Assembly (NCBI GenBank): GCA_963674965.2
Contig: CAXXFL010000001.1
Coordinates: 640,001 to 704,000 of the forward strand
Direction of reading: 5' to 3'
Origin: a bacterium
Lineage (GTDB): Bacteria; RBG-13-61-14; DATKZS01
DNA length: 64,000 nucleotides
Part shown: one piece after another, positions 12,726-21,710 of the stretch
Layout: each line of letters begins with the position of its first letter
Numbering within the stretch: the stretch's first letter is position 1
Translations under genes and position numbers: made by a program
Notes under the pieces: model-generated
Database searches by the model: none
Told to the model about the DNA's origin: nothing
Seen by the model: the letters and a program-made list of their open reading frames with translations, nothing else

Positions 12726-12763
12726 CTAACCAAAACCTTATATTCCTCGAACCAAAGCCTAAA
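12726..12763 (+). promoter_or_regulatory. Putative Pho-box array upstream of porin-pst operon
   Basis: CTAAC/CTTAT/CGAAC/CTAAA at exact 11-bp period (12726, 12737, 12748, 12759). Confidence 0.6.
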
Positions 12764-12837
12764 GCTACCCTGCTATCTTCTTCCAAAATTTTTGGCAAGG
12801 AGATTTTTGTATGTTGTTCAACCAGAAAGAGGCAATC

Positions 12838-14103
12838 ATGAAACGGTACAAGTCAATAGGAAAAGTGGCGGCCCTCGCGGCCGTCTTGTTCGCGATGCTT
12901 TTCGCCACCGGCGCCAAAGCCGATGACGAGGCGTCGCTCGATCTGGACAAGTCGCTGTCGGGACTGAAGATCGAGGTCCTGGCCTACATCGACTACTCGG
13001 CGGGTTCCACTCCCCTGGCGGACGAAAAGGAAGAGTACTATAACCGCTTCGCGCTTACCAGAGGATACTTCACCATCAAGAAAAGCCTGAACGACTGGCT
13101 CGGGTTCCGCTTCACCTCGGACCTCGCCCAGGAGACCAAGGCTGAAGGCACCAAGCTGAACGAGAGCTACGTTGTGCGCATCAAGTACTTCTACGCCGAA
13201 CTTAAACCTCAGGACCTTTGGATTCTGACTAACATGAAAGCCGAGATCGGACTGGGCCACACGCCCTGGCTGGACTTCGAGGAACACAACATGAACCCCT
13301 ACCGCTGCCAGGGAACCATGCCCATCGAGCGGGCCCACGTGTTCAACTCCGCGGACACGGGCGTCAGCATCAGGGGTAACTTCGGCGGCAAGCTCGAGGA
13401 CGCCAAGGCCAAGACCGGCAACTCCCATTACGACGGCCGTTACGGAAGCTGGCATATAGGCGTTTACAACGGCGGCGGCTATCACGAGGTTGAGAACAAC
13501 CAGAACAAGCTGGTCGAGGGCCGCGTTACTCTCCGTCCCCTCCCCGATATCCTGCCCGGCCTCCAGTTCAGCTACCTTGGAATCTACGGCGACGCCAACG
13601 TGGCCGTCGATGACGTGGTCGCTGGAGTCACCCTCGAGGAAATCCCCGAATATCAGGTCAATATGTTTATGGTCAGCTTCGAGCATCCGTCCTTTTTATT
13701 CAACGGCCAGTATTTCACCACCAAGAACAAGGCCGGCGGCGGCTGGATCGATCCCATGGGCGAGTCCCTGGAAACGGTCGGCTATTCCGGGTTCGTCAAC
13801 GTGAAAATCCCCGGAACCGACAATAAACTCAACGTGTTCGGCAGGTATGACTGGTTCGACATCGACCCGGACGACAAGTACGCGGCGATCGATCCTATCA
13901 CCAATGAAGCCATGAAGGATTCGGCTTTCTCGACCATCATTGCGGGAATAGCTTACGACGTGTACAAAAACAACCTCCTCCTCGTCGCCTGGGAGAACAC
14001 GGACTATGAAGAGGACGCCAACGTGAAAGACAAGCTGCCCGTGGCCGACAACAGGCTGGGCAAAGAGGATAAAATCCAGGTCGTGTGGCAGATTAAAATG
14101 TAG
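12838..14103 (+). CDS. Outer-membrane porin, probably phosphate-selective
   Basis: Signal peptide, alternating beta-strand pattern, C-terminal VVWQIKM strand; between phoR and pstS. Confidence 0.75.
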   Translation: MKRYKSIGKVAALAAVLFAMLFATGAKADDEASLDLDKSLSGLKIEVLAYIDYSAGSTPLADEKEEYYNRFALTRGYFTIKKSLNDWLGFRFTSDLAQETKAEGTKLNESYVVRIKYFYAELKPQDLWILTNMKAEIGLGHTPWLDFEEHNMNPYRCQGTMPIERAHVFNSADTGVSIRGNFGGKLEDAKAKTGNSHYDGRYGSWHIGVYNGGGYHEVENNQNKLVEGRVTLRPLPDILPGLQFSYLGIYGDANVAVDDVVAGVTLEEIPEYQVNMFMVSFEHPSFLFNGQYFTTKNKAGGGWIDPMGESLETVGYSGFVNVKIPGTDNKLNVFGRYDWFDIDPDDKYAAIDPITNEAMKDSAFSTIIAGIAYDVYKNNLLLVAWENTDYEEDANVKDKLPVADNRLGKEDKIQVVWQIKM

Positions 14104-14161
14104 CGCTATTGATAGACTAACTATCTAATTTATTATGCAATTACTACAAAGGAGATCAAAA

Positions 14162-15202
14162 ATGAAAAAACTGCTAATAGCTCTTATGGCCATCGGCCTA
14201 GTCCTGGCCTCGGGCGCCGGCATGGCTGAAGACAAGATGATTAACGGCGCGGGCGCGAGCTTCCCTTACCCGATCTACTCGAAGTGGGCGTACGAGTACA
14301 AGACCCTCACCGACGTGGCCCTCAACTACCAGTCCATTGGCTCCGGCGGCGGCATCAAGCAGATCAAGGCCAAGACCGTCGATTTCGGCGCCTCGGACGC
14401 TCCTCTCAAGCCCGAGGAGCTTAATGAATCCGGGCTCCTCCAGTTCCCCATGATCATCGGCGGCGTGGTCCCGGTCGTCAACGTGAAGGGAATCAAGGCG
14501 GGCGAGCTTAAGCTTACCCCCCAGGCCCTGGCCGACATTTTTCTTGGCAAGATCAAGAAATGGAACGACAAGGCCATCAAGGACGCCAATCCCGGGCTCA
14601 ATCTTCCCGACACCGACATAACCGTCGTGCATCGCGCCGACGGCTCCGGGACTACCTGGATTTACACCAACTACCTCGATAAAGTCAGCAAGGAATGGCA
14701 CGAGCAGGTCGGGACCGACAAGGCCGTCGAGTGGCCCACCGGCGTGGGTGGAAAAGGCAACGAGGGCGTGGCCACCTACGTGCAGAAGGTCGGCGGCTCC
14801 ATCGGTTACGTCGAGTACGCTTACGCCATCCAGAACAAGCTGACCCACGTTCTGCTCCAGAACAAGGCCGGCAAATTCGTGGCCCCCGACATCAAGACCT
14901 TCCAGGCCGCCGCGGCCAACGCCGACTGGAAAAACGCGCCCGGCTACTACCTGGTGCTGACCGACCAGCCCGGCGACGATAGCTGGCCCATTACCGGCGC
15001 GTCTTTCATCCTCGTTTACAAAAACCAGGACAACGCCGAGAAGGCCAAGATGGTCCTCGATTTCTTCGAATGGTGTTATAAGCACGGAGCCGAGCCCGCC
15101 GAGGAGCTCCATTACGTGCCCATCCCCATGAACGTGGTGGAAATGGTCGAGGATACCTGGTCCAAGGAAATAAAGAGCGGAGGTTCTACGGTCTGGAAAT
15201 GA
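14162..15202 (+). CDS. pstS: Phosphate ABC transporter substrate-binding protein
   Basis: GAGASFPYP, YQSIGSGGG, DFGASD, HRADGSGTT, GGKGNEGV. Confidence 0.96.
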   Translation: MKKLLIALMAIGLVLASGAGMAEDKMINGAGASFPYPIYSKWAYEYKTLTDVALNYQSIGSGGGIKQIKAKTVDFGASDAPLKPEELNESGLLQFPMIIGGVVPVVNVKGIKAGELKLTPQALADIFLGKIKKWNDKAIKDANPGLNLPDTDITVVHRADGSGTTWIYTNYLDKVSKEWHEQVGTDKAVEWPTGVGGKGNEGVATYVQKVGGSIGYVEYAYAIQNKLTHVLLQNKAGKFVAPDIKTFQAAAANADWKNAPGYYLVLTDQPGDDSWPITGASFILVYKNQDNAEKAKMVLDFFEWCYKHGAEPAEELHYVPIPMNVVEMVEDTWSKEIKSGGSTVWK

Positions 15203-15258
15203 CTATACCACTGAAATTTAAAGCAAATTTAATTATCTTCCGAATGGAAGGAGATTAA

Positions 15259-16212
15259 ATGTCTCAAAGTCAAAAAAAGCAAGACGGGTCGGCCCTGAAG
15301 TCCGGGGCCGATTCCGTTTTTCAATGGGCCTCTGCGGCCTGCGCCGCTTTCCTTCTTATCATTATTGCCGGCATATTTCTCGAGCTCGTCTGGAACTCGA
15401 GGCTGAGCATGAAAGAGTTCGGCTTCGGGTTCCTTATCTCCGACTCCTGGAACCCGGTCACGGACAAATTCGGGGCCCTTACCAGCGTGTACGGCACGCT
15501 CGTGTCCACGGCCATCGCCATGGTTATCGCCGTGCCCATCTCCCTCGTGACAGCGCTTTTCCTGGTCGAGCTGGCCCATCCGGTCCTCAGCAAGATCGTG
15601 GGCGGGGGCATCGAGCTTTTGGCCGCCGTGCCCAGCATCATCTACGGCATGTGGGGCCTTTTCGTTTTCGCCCCTTTCATGCAGGACCACATCCAGCCGT
15701 TTATCAAGGACCACCTGGGTTTCCTGCCTCTTTTCAGCGGCCCGCCCATGGGCATCGGCATGCTGACGGCCGGCATCATACTTGCCCTCATGATCCTGCC
15801 CTTTATCTCGGCCGTCTCGAGGGACGTTTTTCAGATGGTTCCCTCAGTGGTCAAGGAGTCGGCCTACGGCATGGGCTCGACCACCTGGGAGGCCACCAGA
15901 AAGGTCACCCTCCGCTACGGCATCAAAGGCATCGTGGGCGCCTGTTTCCTCGGGCTGGGAAGGGCCATCGGCGAGACCATGGCCGTGACCTTCGTGATCG
16001 GCAACAACCACAAGGTCAGCCCCTCTTTATTCAGCGCGGGCAACTCGATCGCCTCGACCCTGGCCAACGAGTTCACCGAGGCCTCGGAGCCTTTATACCT
16101 CAGCGTCCTGGTCGAGCTGGGCCTGGTATTGTTCGGCATCACCATTATCGTGCAGATACTGGCTCGGCTGTGGCTGGGCAGGATGGAAAAATCCATGGGG
16201 GCCGGACTATGA
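15259..16212 (+). CDS. pstC: Phosphate ABC transporter permease
   Basis: ELLAAVPSIIYGMWG, GRAIGETMAV, SIASTLANEF. Confidence 0.95.
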   Translation: MSQSQKKQDGSALKSGADSVFQWASAACAAFLLIIIAGIFLELVWNSRLSMKEFGFGFLISDSWNPVTDKFGALTSVYGTLVSTAIAMVIAVPISLVTALFLVELAHPVLSKIVGGGIELLAAVPSIIYGMWGLFVFAPFMQDHIQPFIKDHLGFLPLFSGPPMGIGMLTAGIILALMILPFISAVSRDVFQMVPSVVKESAYGMGSTTWEATRKVTLRYGIKGIVGACFLGLGRAIGETMAVTFVIGNNHKVSPSLFSAGNSIASTLANEFTEASEPLYLSVLVELGLVLFGITIIVQILARLWLGRMEKSMGAGL

Positions 16213-17057
16213 AAAGGCGGGGAGTCGCGCTTCGCCGGGCAACCGACAAGGCGGTCAAGGTCATCTCGGCCGTGTCGTCCCTTATCGGCGTGTTCTTTTT
16301 GGGCTGGATACTCTACGTGGTGCTCGACCGAGGCTTCGACGCCTTTAACCTGGCCTTTTTCACCCAGCTTCCCCGTCCTCCCATGGTCGAGGGAGGCGGC
16401 ATGGCCAACGCCATGCTCGGCACTTTGATGATAACCGCTCTGGCCACGGTTATTGGCGTTCCCATCGGGATCATGGGCGGCATCTATTTGTCCGAGTTCG
16501 GGCTCGAGAACCGTTTGGCCTCGTCGGTAAGGTTCTATTCCAACGTGCTCATGGGCACGCCCTCGATCATCATCGGAGTGTTCGTTTACGGCATTCTGGT
16601 CGAGCCCATGCGTCGCTTCTCGGGATACGCGGGCGCCGCGGCCTTGGCCATCATCATGCTCCCGGTGATCGCCCGGACCACGGAGGACATGCTGAACCTG
16701 GTCCCCAATTCCCTTCGCGAGTCGGCCCTGGCCCTGGGCGCGCCCAGGTGGAGGGTCACCCTGGGAGTGGTCATCAAGTCGGCGCGGACGGGCATGATTA
16801 CGGGGGTCCTGCTCGCCATCGCCCGGGTGGGAGGCGAGACGGCGCCTCTTTTATTCACCGCCTTCAACAACAACCTCATGTGGCCGACCAACTTCAACCA
16901 GCCCACGGCCAATTTGACGGTCACGATCTTCAACTACGCCATGAGCCCTTACGAAGACTGGAAACGCCAGGCATGGGGGGCATCTCTGTTAATCATGGTG
17001 GGCGTCCTGGCCGTAACCATTGCCTCCCGAATGATCTTTCGGGCGAACAAGGAATGA
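16209..17057 (+). CDS. pstA: Phosphate ABC transporter permease
   Basis: ATGA overlap with pstC stop; [33 protein letters not shown]. Confidence 0.95.
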   Translation: MKRRGVALRRATDKAVKVISAVSSLIGVFFLGWILYVVLDRGFDAFNLAFFTQLPRPPMVEGGGMANAMLGTLMITALATVIGVPIGIMGGIYLSEFGLENRLASSVRFYSNVLMGTPSIIIGVFVYGILVEPMRRFSGYAGAAALAIIMLPVIARTTEDMLNLVPNSLRESALALGAPRWRVTLGVVIKSARTGMITGVLLAIARVGGETAPLLFTAFNNNLMWPTNFNQPTANLTVTIFNYAMSPYEDWKRQAWGASLLIMVGVLAVTIASRMIFRANKE

Positions 17058-17061
17058 CTTG

Positions 17062-17907
17062 ATGGAAGTAACGACCATGGAATCGAATATAAATACGGAC
17101 GAAAAACAAGCGGGAGAAAAGGGGCCGGTAAAATTGGTGTCAGACAATCCACATCCACTCAAGATCGAGACCAGGGGCCTGAACTTTTTCTACGGCGACC
17201 ACCAGGCTCTTTTCGACAACGACCTCCAGATCGAGGCGAACAAGGTCACCGCCGTTATCGGTCCCTCCGGCTGCGGGAAGTCCACTCACATCCGGGTTTA
17301 CAACCGCATATACGAGCTCTACCGGGGACATCGGGCCGCGGGCGAGATCATCATGGACGGGGAGAACATACTGGCGCCCGGATGCGACCTGCTCGAGCTT
17401 CGGCGGCGGGTGGGAATGATCTTCCAGAAGCCAACGCCCTTCCCCATGAGCGTCTACGAGAACGTGGCCTACGGGCTCAAGCTCCATTACAAGCTGAGCA
17501 AGGAAAAGACGGCCGAGAAGGTCGAGAAGTCTCTCAAGCTGGCGGCCCTGTGGGACGAGGTCAAGGACAAGCTCAATCGTCCGGCCACCGCCTTGTCCGG
17601 CGGCCAGCAACAAAGGCTTTGTATCGCCCGGGCCGTCGCGGTCGAGCCCGAGGTCATGCTGATGGACGAGCCGACCTCCGCCATCGACCCCGTGGCCACG
17701 GCCAGGATCGAGGAACTAATCGAGAAGCTAAAAGAGGATTATACTATCGTCATCGTAACCCATAACATGCAGCAGGCCGCCAGGGTTTCGGACTATACGG
17801 CCTTTTTCTACCAGGGAAAGATAATCGAGTTCGGCGCCACGAAAAAGATTTTCACTAACCCGGAAAAGAAACAAACCGAGGATTACGTGACCGGAAGATT
17901 CGGATAG
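17062..17907 (+). CDS. pstB: Phosphate ABC transporter ATP-binding protein
   Basis: [43 protein letters not shown]. Confidence 0.96.
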   Translation: MEVTTMESNINTDEKQAGEKGPVKLVSDNPHPLKIETRGLNFFYGDHQALFDNDLQIEANKVTAVIGPSGCGKSTHIRVYNRIYELYRGHRAAGEIIMDGENILAPGCDLLELRRRVGMIFQKPTPFPMSVYENVAYGLKLHYKLSKEKTAEKVEKSLKLAALWDEVKDKLNRPATALSGGQQQRLCIARAVAVEPEVMLMDEPTSAIDPVATARIEELIEKLKEDYTIVIVTHNMQQAARVSDYTAFFYQGKIIEFGATKKIFTNPEKKQTEDYVTGRFG

Positions 17908-17918
17908 GAGCTTACAGC

Positions 17919-18587
17919 ATGTCGAGCCATCTGCAAAAAGAAATCGAGAACCTCAAGAAGAAACTCCTCTACCTGGGCGCCATGGTGGAGGAAAGCCTCA
18001 GAATATCCATCAAGTCCCTTCGCGACCTCAACCAGCGCATGGCCAGGGGAGTGATCGACAACGACTTCGAGGTGGACAGGATGGAGGTCGAGCTGGAGGA
18101 GGAGTGCCTCAAGGTCCTGGCCCTTCATCAGCCCGTGGCCGTGGACCTGCGCTTTATCGTGGCCATTCTGAAAATTAACGCCGACCTCGAGAGGATCGGC
18201 GACCTGGCCGTCAACATCGCCGAGCGGACCATGTACCTGGCCCAGAGGCCCCGCGTCGAGATAGAGTTCGACTACCGCGAGATGGCACGCAAGGCCGAGA
18301 AGATGGTCGAGAAGAGCCTGGACGCCCTGGTCAACATGGACGCGGACCTGGCCCGCGAGGTTTGCGGCTCGGACGACGCCGTCGACGACCTTAACCGTGA
18401 GATGTTCAACTTCGGCATGGACTATATAAGGACCCATCCGGACAGGGCCGACTGCATCATCCGCTACATGCTGGTGGCCCGACACCTCGAGCGCGTGGCC
18501 GACCACGCCACCAACATCGCCGAGGACGTCATCTACATGGTGGACGGTGAGATCGTCAGACACCGCTGGGACCTGAACGAGTCGTGA
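17919..18587 (+). CDS. phoU: Phosphate signalling protein PhoU
   Basis: QPVAVDLR, DLERIGD, LERVADHATNIAE. Confidence 0.96.
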   Translation: MSSHLQKEIENLKKKLLYLGAMVEESLRISIKSLRDLNQRMARGVIDNDFEVDRMEVELEEECLKVLALHQPVAVDLRFIVAILKINADLERIGDLAVNIAERTMYLAQRPRVEIEFDYREMARKAEKMVEKSLDALVNMDADLAREVCGSDDAVDDLNREMFNFGMDYIRTHPDRADCIIRYMLVARHLERVADHATNIAEDVIYMVDGEIVRHRWDLNES

Positions 18588-18658
18588 TCCATTACCGCCT
18601 CCCGACCTCCATGCGGACCCCCAACGCGGGATGACCCTTACGGTTAGAAAAAACCTAT

Positions 18659-18680
18659 GAGGGGTTCATCAGAACCCCTC
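18659..18680 (+). terminator. Hairpin after phoU at the island boundary
   Basis: GAGGGGTTC-ATCA-GAACCCCTC, perfect 9-bp stem. Confidence 0.5.
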
Positions 18681-19128
18681 AACTTTATTACAGTCTTAGC
18701 ATATTCCTGTTTATTTGTCCAGAGTTATAGCTTCACAGCACTTCACAAAAACACCACCCATTTAGCAACATTTCAGGCAGTATTGACAAGCTATGGACAC
18801 TAGATGGACACAAAAATAGAGGTTTTCCCAAACTCTGCTTGACTACAACGGAACCTGAAGTTTCTTTCACATTATAGACCGATACGAGTCACCGATTAAT
18901 CATTTTATTTTTGCCTGGACGGTTCCTCAAGCCTGTCTCACCAAATCAACCAGCCCAGCCCGCAAACGAAATAGTCCTAGGGAACCGTGTTCTTATTAAC
19001 GGCGTCGTAAAAGCTCCTCTGCTTATTCTCCGGCTTGTACATACAAAACCTCCAGCTTGATATCGTAGCGGTGGATGATCTCTATCATCACAAGTAAATG
19101 AGGACGTTTTACAACTGTCTGTATATAT

Positions 19129-19596
19129 CTATTTAGATTTAGTTGAGATGTATCTATAACCTTTTTCACATTGCATGTCGTCAGAAATATGATATATTTC
19201 TCCTTTTTCATTAATAGCCCAAATTTCAAGACAATCGTCTTTATCTAGATTGGTTATTGTATAAATCCAATACTCATTATTTGTTGCCTTCTTTTCGAGA
19301 AAATCAGGTATATTTAAATCAATACGTGGCGTCTGATGTTTGAAATAATATTTCTCATCGCCAAGGAAATATATATAAGAAGGAGAAGGGTATATCATGT
19401 CTTTTTCGAAGTCAAATTCATCGAAAGAAGTGGCATATCTACCGTACTTATTAAAATATGCTTTTTGTCGTTTATACAAACCTTCTAATGTCTCTTTTCC
19501 ATAATTTTGCAAAGACAACTTATGGACAATATCGGTCACACAAGAATATTGATAGAGTATAAATAAGACAATTATGAATACAAATCTACTTTTCAT
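19129..19596 (-). CDS. AT-rich exported protein with a type IV pilin-like globular domain; putative immunity partner
   Basis: GGAGGTG RBS; hydrophobic N-terminus ending YSC; KETLEGLYKRQKAYFNKYGRYATSFDEFDF and TNLDKDDCLEIWAINE resemble deltaproteobacterial pilins; no GFTLIE motif. Confidence 0.6.
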   Translation of the reverse strand: MKSRFVFIIVLFILYQYSCVTDIVHKLSLQNYGKETLEGLYKRQKAYFNKYGRYATSFDEFDFEKDMIYPSPSYIYFLGDEKYYFKHQTPRIDLNIPDFLEKKATNNEYWIYTITNLDKDDCLEIWAINEKGEIYHISDDMQCEKGYRYISTKSK

Positions 19597-19793
19597 ATTT
19601 CACCTCCAATTGTATCATTTATGTATATGCGTTATTTGCTCCTATTACCACAAGCTCACATGTAATCGTCCAATATTATTTTCTTTAGCATTTAGCGCTC
19701 AGATATTAAGGCTCATATCTTACGGTTTCAGTCCTTCCATATTTCATAAAAGGCGGAATGTGTCAAGCAAAATGAGACACGCCTTTCCTGAAT

Positions 19794-20810
19794 TTAGTGT
19801 GGCAAACTGTTTATTTCCTCCGGTTTCGCCGGTGGGTTGATCCACGCTTTGCCGGGCAACTCCGGCGCCGTCGGCGGTCTTTTCACGAAGCGCTCCGGTT
19901 TTTTTTCATAGGCGTGGTCGAGCGTTTTTTGCCGGGCGGCCACGATCTCGCTCGCCATTCCGTAATGGACCATCTCGGGCGTCATCAGGCCGATCCCGGT
20001 GTGCCGATGCTCGCGGTTGTACCAATCGAAAAACTTCACGCAAAAGGCCCTGGCGTCCTCGATGGAGCCGAACCGGCTCGGGAACTCGGGCCGGTACTTC
20101 ATGGTCTTGAACTGGCTTTCCGAGTAGGGGTTGTCGTCGGACACGTGGGGCCGCGAGTGGCTCTTGGTCACGCCCAGGTCGGCCATCAAGAAGGCCACCG
20201 GCTTTGATTTCATCGAACTCCCCCGGTCGGCGTGGATGGTGAGTTGTCCCGGCTCGATCCCCTGTTTTCGGATGCTGTCCCCGATCAGGCGGCGGGCCAG
20301 CTCCGCGCTTTCGCGTCCGGCGATCATCCATCCCACCACGCAGCGGCTGAAGATGTCCATGATCACGTAGAGTTGGTAGCAGGTCCATTTGGCCGGTCCC
20401 TTGAGTTTGGTGACGTCCCAGGACCAGACCTGGTTGGGGGCCTCGGCCAGCAACTCGGGTTTTTTGTATCGGGGACGCCGGAGTTGGTTGCGCCGCTCCC
20501 GGACTTCCTTTTCCGAGTCGAGGACGCGGTACATGGTGCGGACCGAGCACAGCCATGTCCCCTCGTCCAGGAGCGTTGCCCAGACCTCGCGGGGGGCCTT
20601 GTCGGCAAAGCGCTCGGAGTGGAGTTCGTCCAGCACCCGGCGCCGCTCGTCCTCGCTCAACGACCTTGCCGGCTTGGCCGCGCGCCTCGGCGGCGGAGGC
20701 CCGAAGGGAATTTTAGCGCGACGATTAAACGTTGCTCGCGACAGGCCCAGGGCCTCGCAGGCGGCCTTGGCGCCGACCCGGGGAGCGGCCGTGCTTGCCG
20801 ATTCCATCAT
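19794..20810 (-). CDS. IS3-family transposase OrfB (rve/DDE)
   Basis: PNQVWSWDVT, IHADRGS, DDNPYSESQFKT, WYNREHRH. Confidence 0.92.
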   Translation of the reverse strand: MMESASTAAPRVGAKAACEALGLSRATFNRRAKIPFGPPPPRRAAKPARSLSEDERRRVLDELHSERFADKAPREVWATLLDEGTWLCSVRTMYRVLDSEKEVRERRNQLRRPRYKKPELLAEAPNQVWSWDVTKLKGPAKWTCYQLYVIMDIFSRCVVGWMIAGRESAELARRLIGDSIRKQGIEPGQLTIHADRGSSMKSKPVAFLMADLGVTKSHSRPHVSDDNPYSESQFKTMKYRPEFPSRFGSIEDARAFCVKFFDWYNREHRHTGIGLMTPEMVHYGMASEIVAARQKTLDHAYEKKPERFVKRPPTAPELPGKAWINPPAKPEEINSLPH

Positions 20811-21346
20811 TCGCTCTCTTCGCCGGGCGGCTTGGCCAGGGGTATCCCCAGCAGATCGGCAACTTTTTTTTGGAAGTCGATTATCATCTCGGCCTGTTCG
20901 AGCCGCTTTTGGAGCTTCCCGTTCTCGCGCTCGAGGCGGGCCACTTCATCGGCCAGCGGGTTTTTGGCCTTGGGCTTGCGGCCCCGCTTTACGGGCGAAA
21001 GCGCTTTCAAGGCCCCCTCGTCCCGCTGCTTGCGCCAGGCCGTCAGGTGCGACGAATAAAGGCCCTCCCGGCGCAGCAGGGCGCCGACCTCGCCATGCCC
21101 CGAGCAGGCGTCGGCCTTCCCGAGGATTGCGAGCTTGTAAGCCGCGGTGAAGCGCCGCCGGGCGGGCTTTTCCGGGACCTCCGGCTCGGGAAGAATGATC
21201 GGCGCCCCCACCCGCTCGGGCCGCTTGGCAGGAGTGTCCTCCGGCTCGGCCGTCCCGGTTGGGGAGACTCCGGTCGCCCTACGGGCTCCCTCCGTCTCCC
21301 CAACAATCCCTGCCTTCTTCCTGTCTTCATCCATCTCTCTATACAT
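20807..21346 (-). CDS. IS3-family transposase OrfA (HTH + leucine zipper)
   Basis: RRRFTAAYKLAIL, LLRREGLYSSHLTAWRKQ; A8G slippery run near 20863-20871; start uncertain. Confidence 0.85.
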   Translation of the reverse strand: MYREMDEDRKKAGIVGETEGARRATGVSPTGTAEPEDTPAKRPERVGAPIILPEPEVPEKPARRRFTAAYKLAILGKADACSGHGEVGALLRREGLYSSHLTAWRKQRDEGALKALSPVKRGRKPKAKNPLADEVARLERENGKLQKRLEQAEMIIDFQKKVADLLGIPLAKPPGEESE

Positions 21347-21710
21347 CCTAATACCTCCCCCGCCCTACAGTAATTTAACATAGGGGAAGTGTCTCATCTA
21401 CGTTGGCACAGAGGGAGGAGTCCTGGGAATTCTACTCCATGGATCGAATTGCCAAGACGTATCCTTATAAGTAATTTGAACCTTGAAATGATGGCCATTA
21501 ATCTGGTCATCAACATTACATATCTCCGCATACATTCCTGGGTACATTGACTGCCATTCTCTAGTTGCAAATACTTTATTTAAATGATTAGTTAAAGCTT
21601 TTGCGTAACCAAAGCAACAAAGGTTTGTATTGTTTTCTGGACTTATAAGTTGTATGGAATCAATATAAACCGGCCGTCTCCCAATGGCCGTCCGAAACGC
21701 GCAGCGGAGA

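Larger units (their letters stand above)
19754..21415 (-). mobile_element. IS3-family insertion sequence
   Basis: Subterminal IRs TGTGTCAAGCAAAATGAGACAC / TGTGCCAACGTAGATGAGACAC; 3-bp AGG duplication (19751-19753, 21416-21418); excision restores the host frame. Confidence 0.9.
19706..21670 (-). pseudogene. 5'-truncated, IS3-interrupted toxin-tip ORF with a papain/transglutaminase-like Cys-His-Asp pattern
   Basis: Removing the IS and one AGG restores 99 sense codons plus stop: VYIDS...NLCCFGYAKAL...NGHHFKV...WQFDPWSRIPRTP|FMKYGRTETVRYEP*. Confidence 0.65.

Noticed and set aside
15324-16208. 577-aa ORF suggesting a long N-terminal extension of PstA
   Set aside because: The extension is an alternative frame over pstC; the real start is ATG 16209. 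The same applies to the track's extensions at 23115-23456, 28937-29098 and 50164-50307.
18880-18900. Similarity of CGATACGAGTCACCGA to CGATACGGGTCGCCGA near 51230
   Set aside because: Short, two mismatches, and in opposite orientation relative to the cassettes; chance cannot be excluded.
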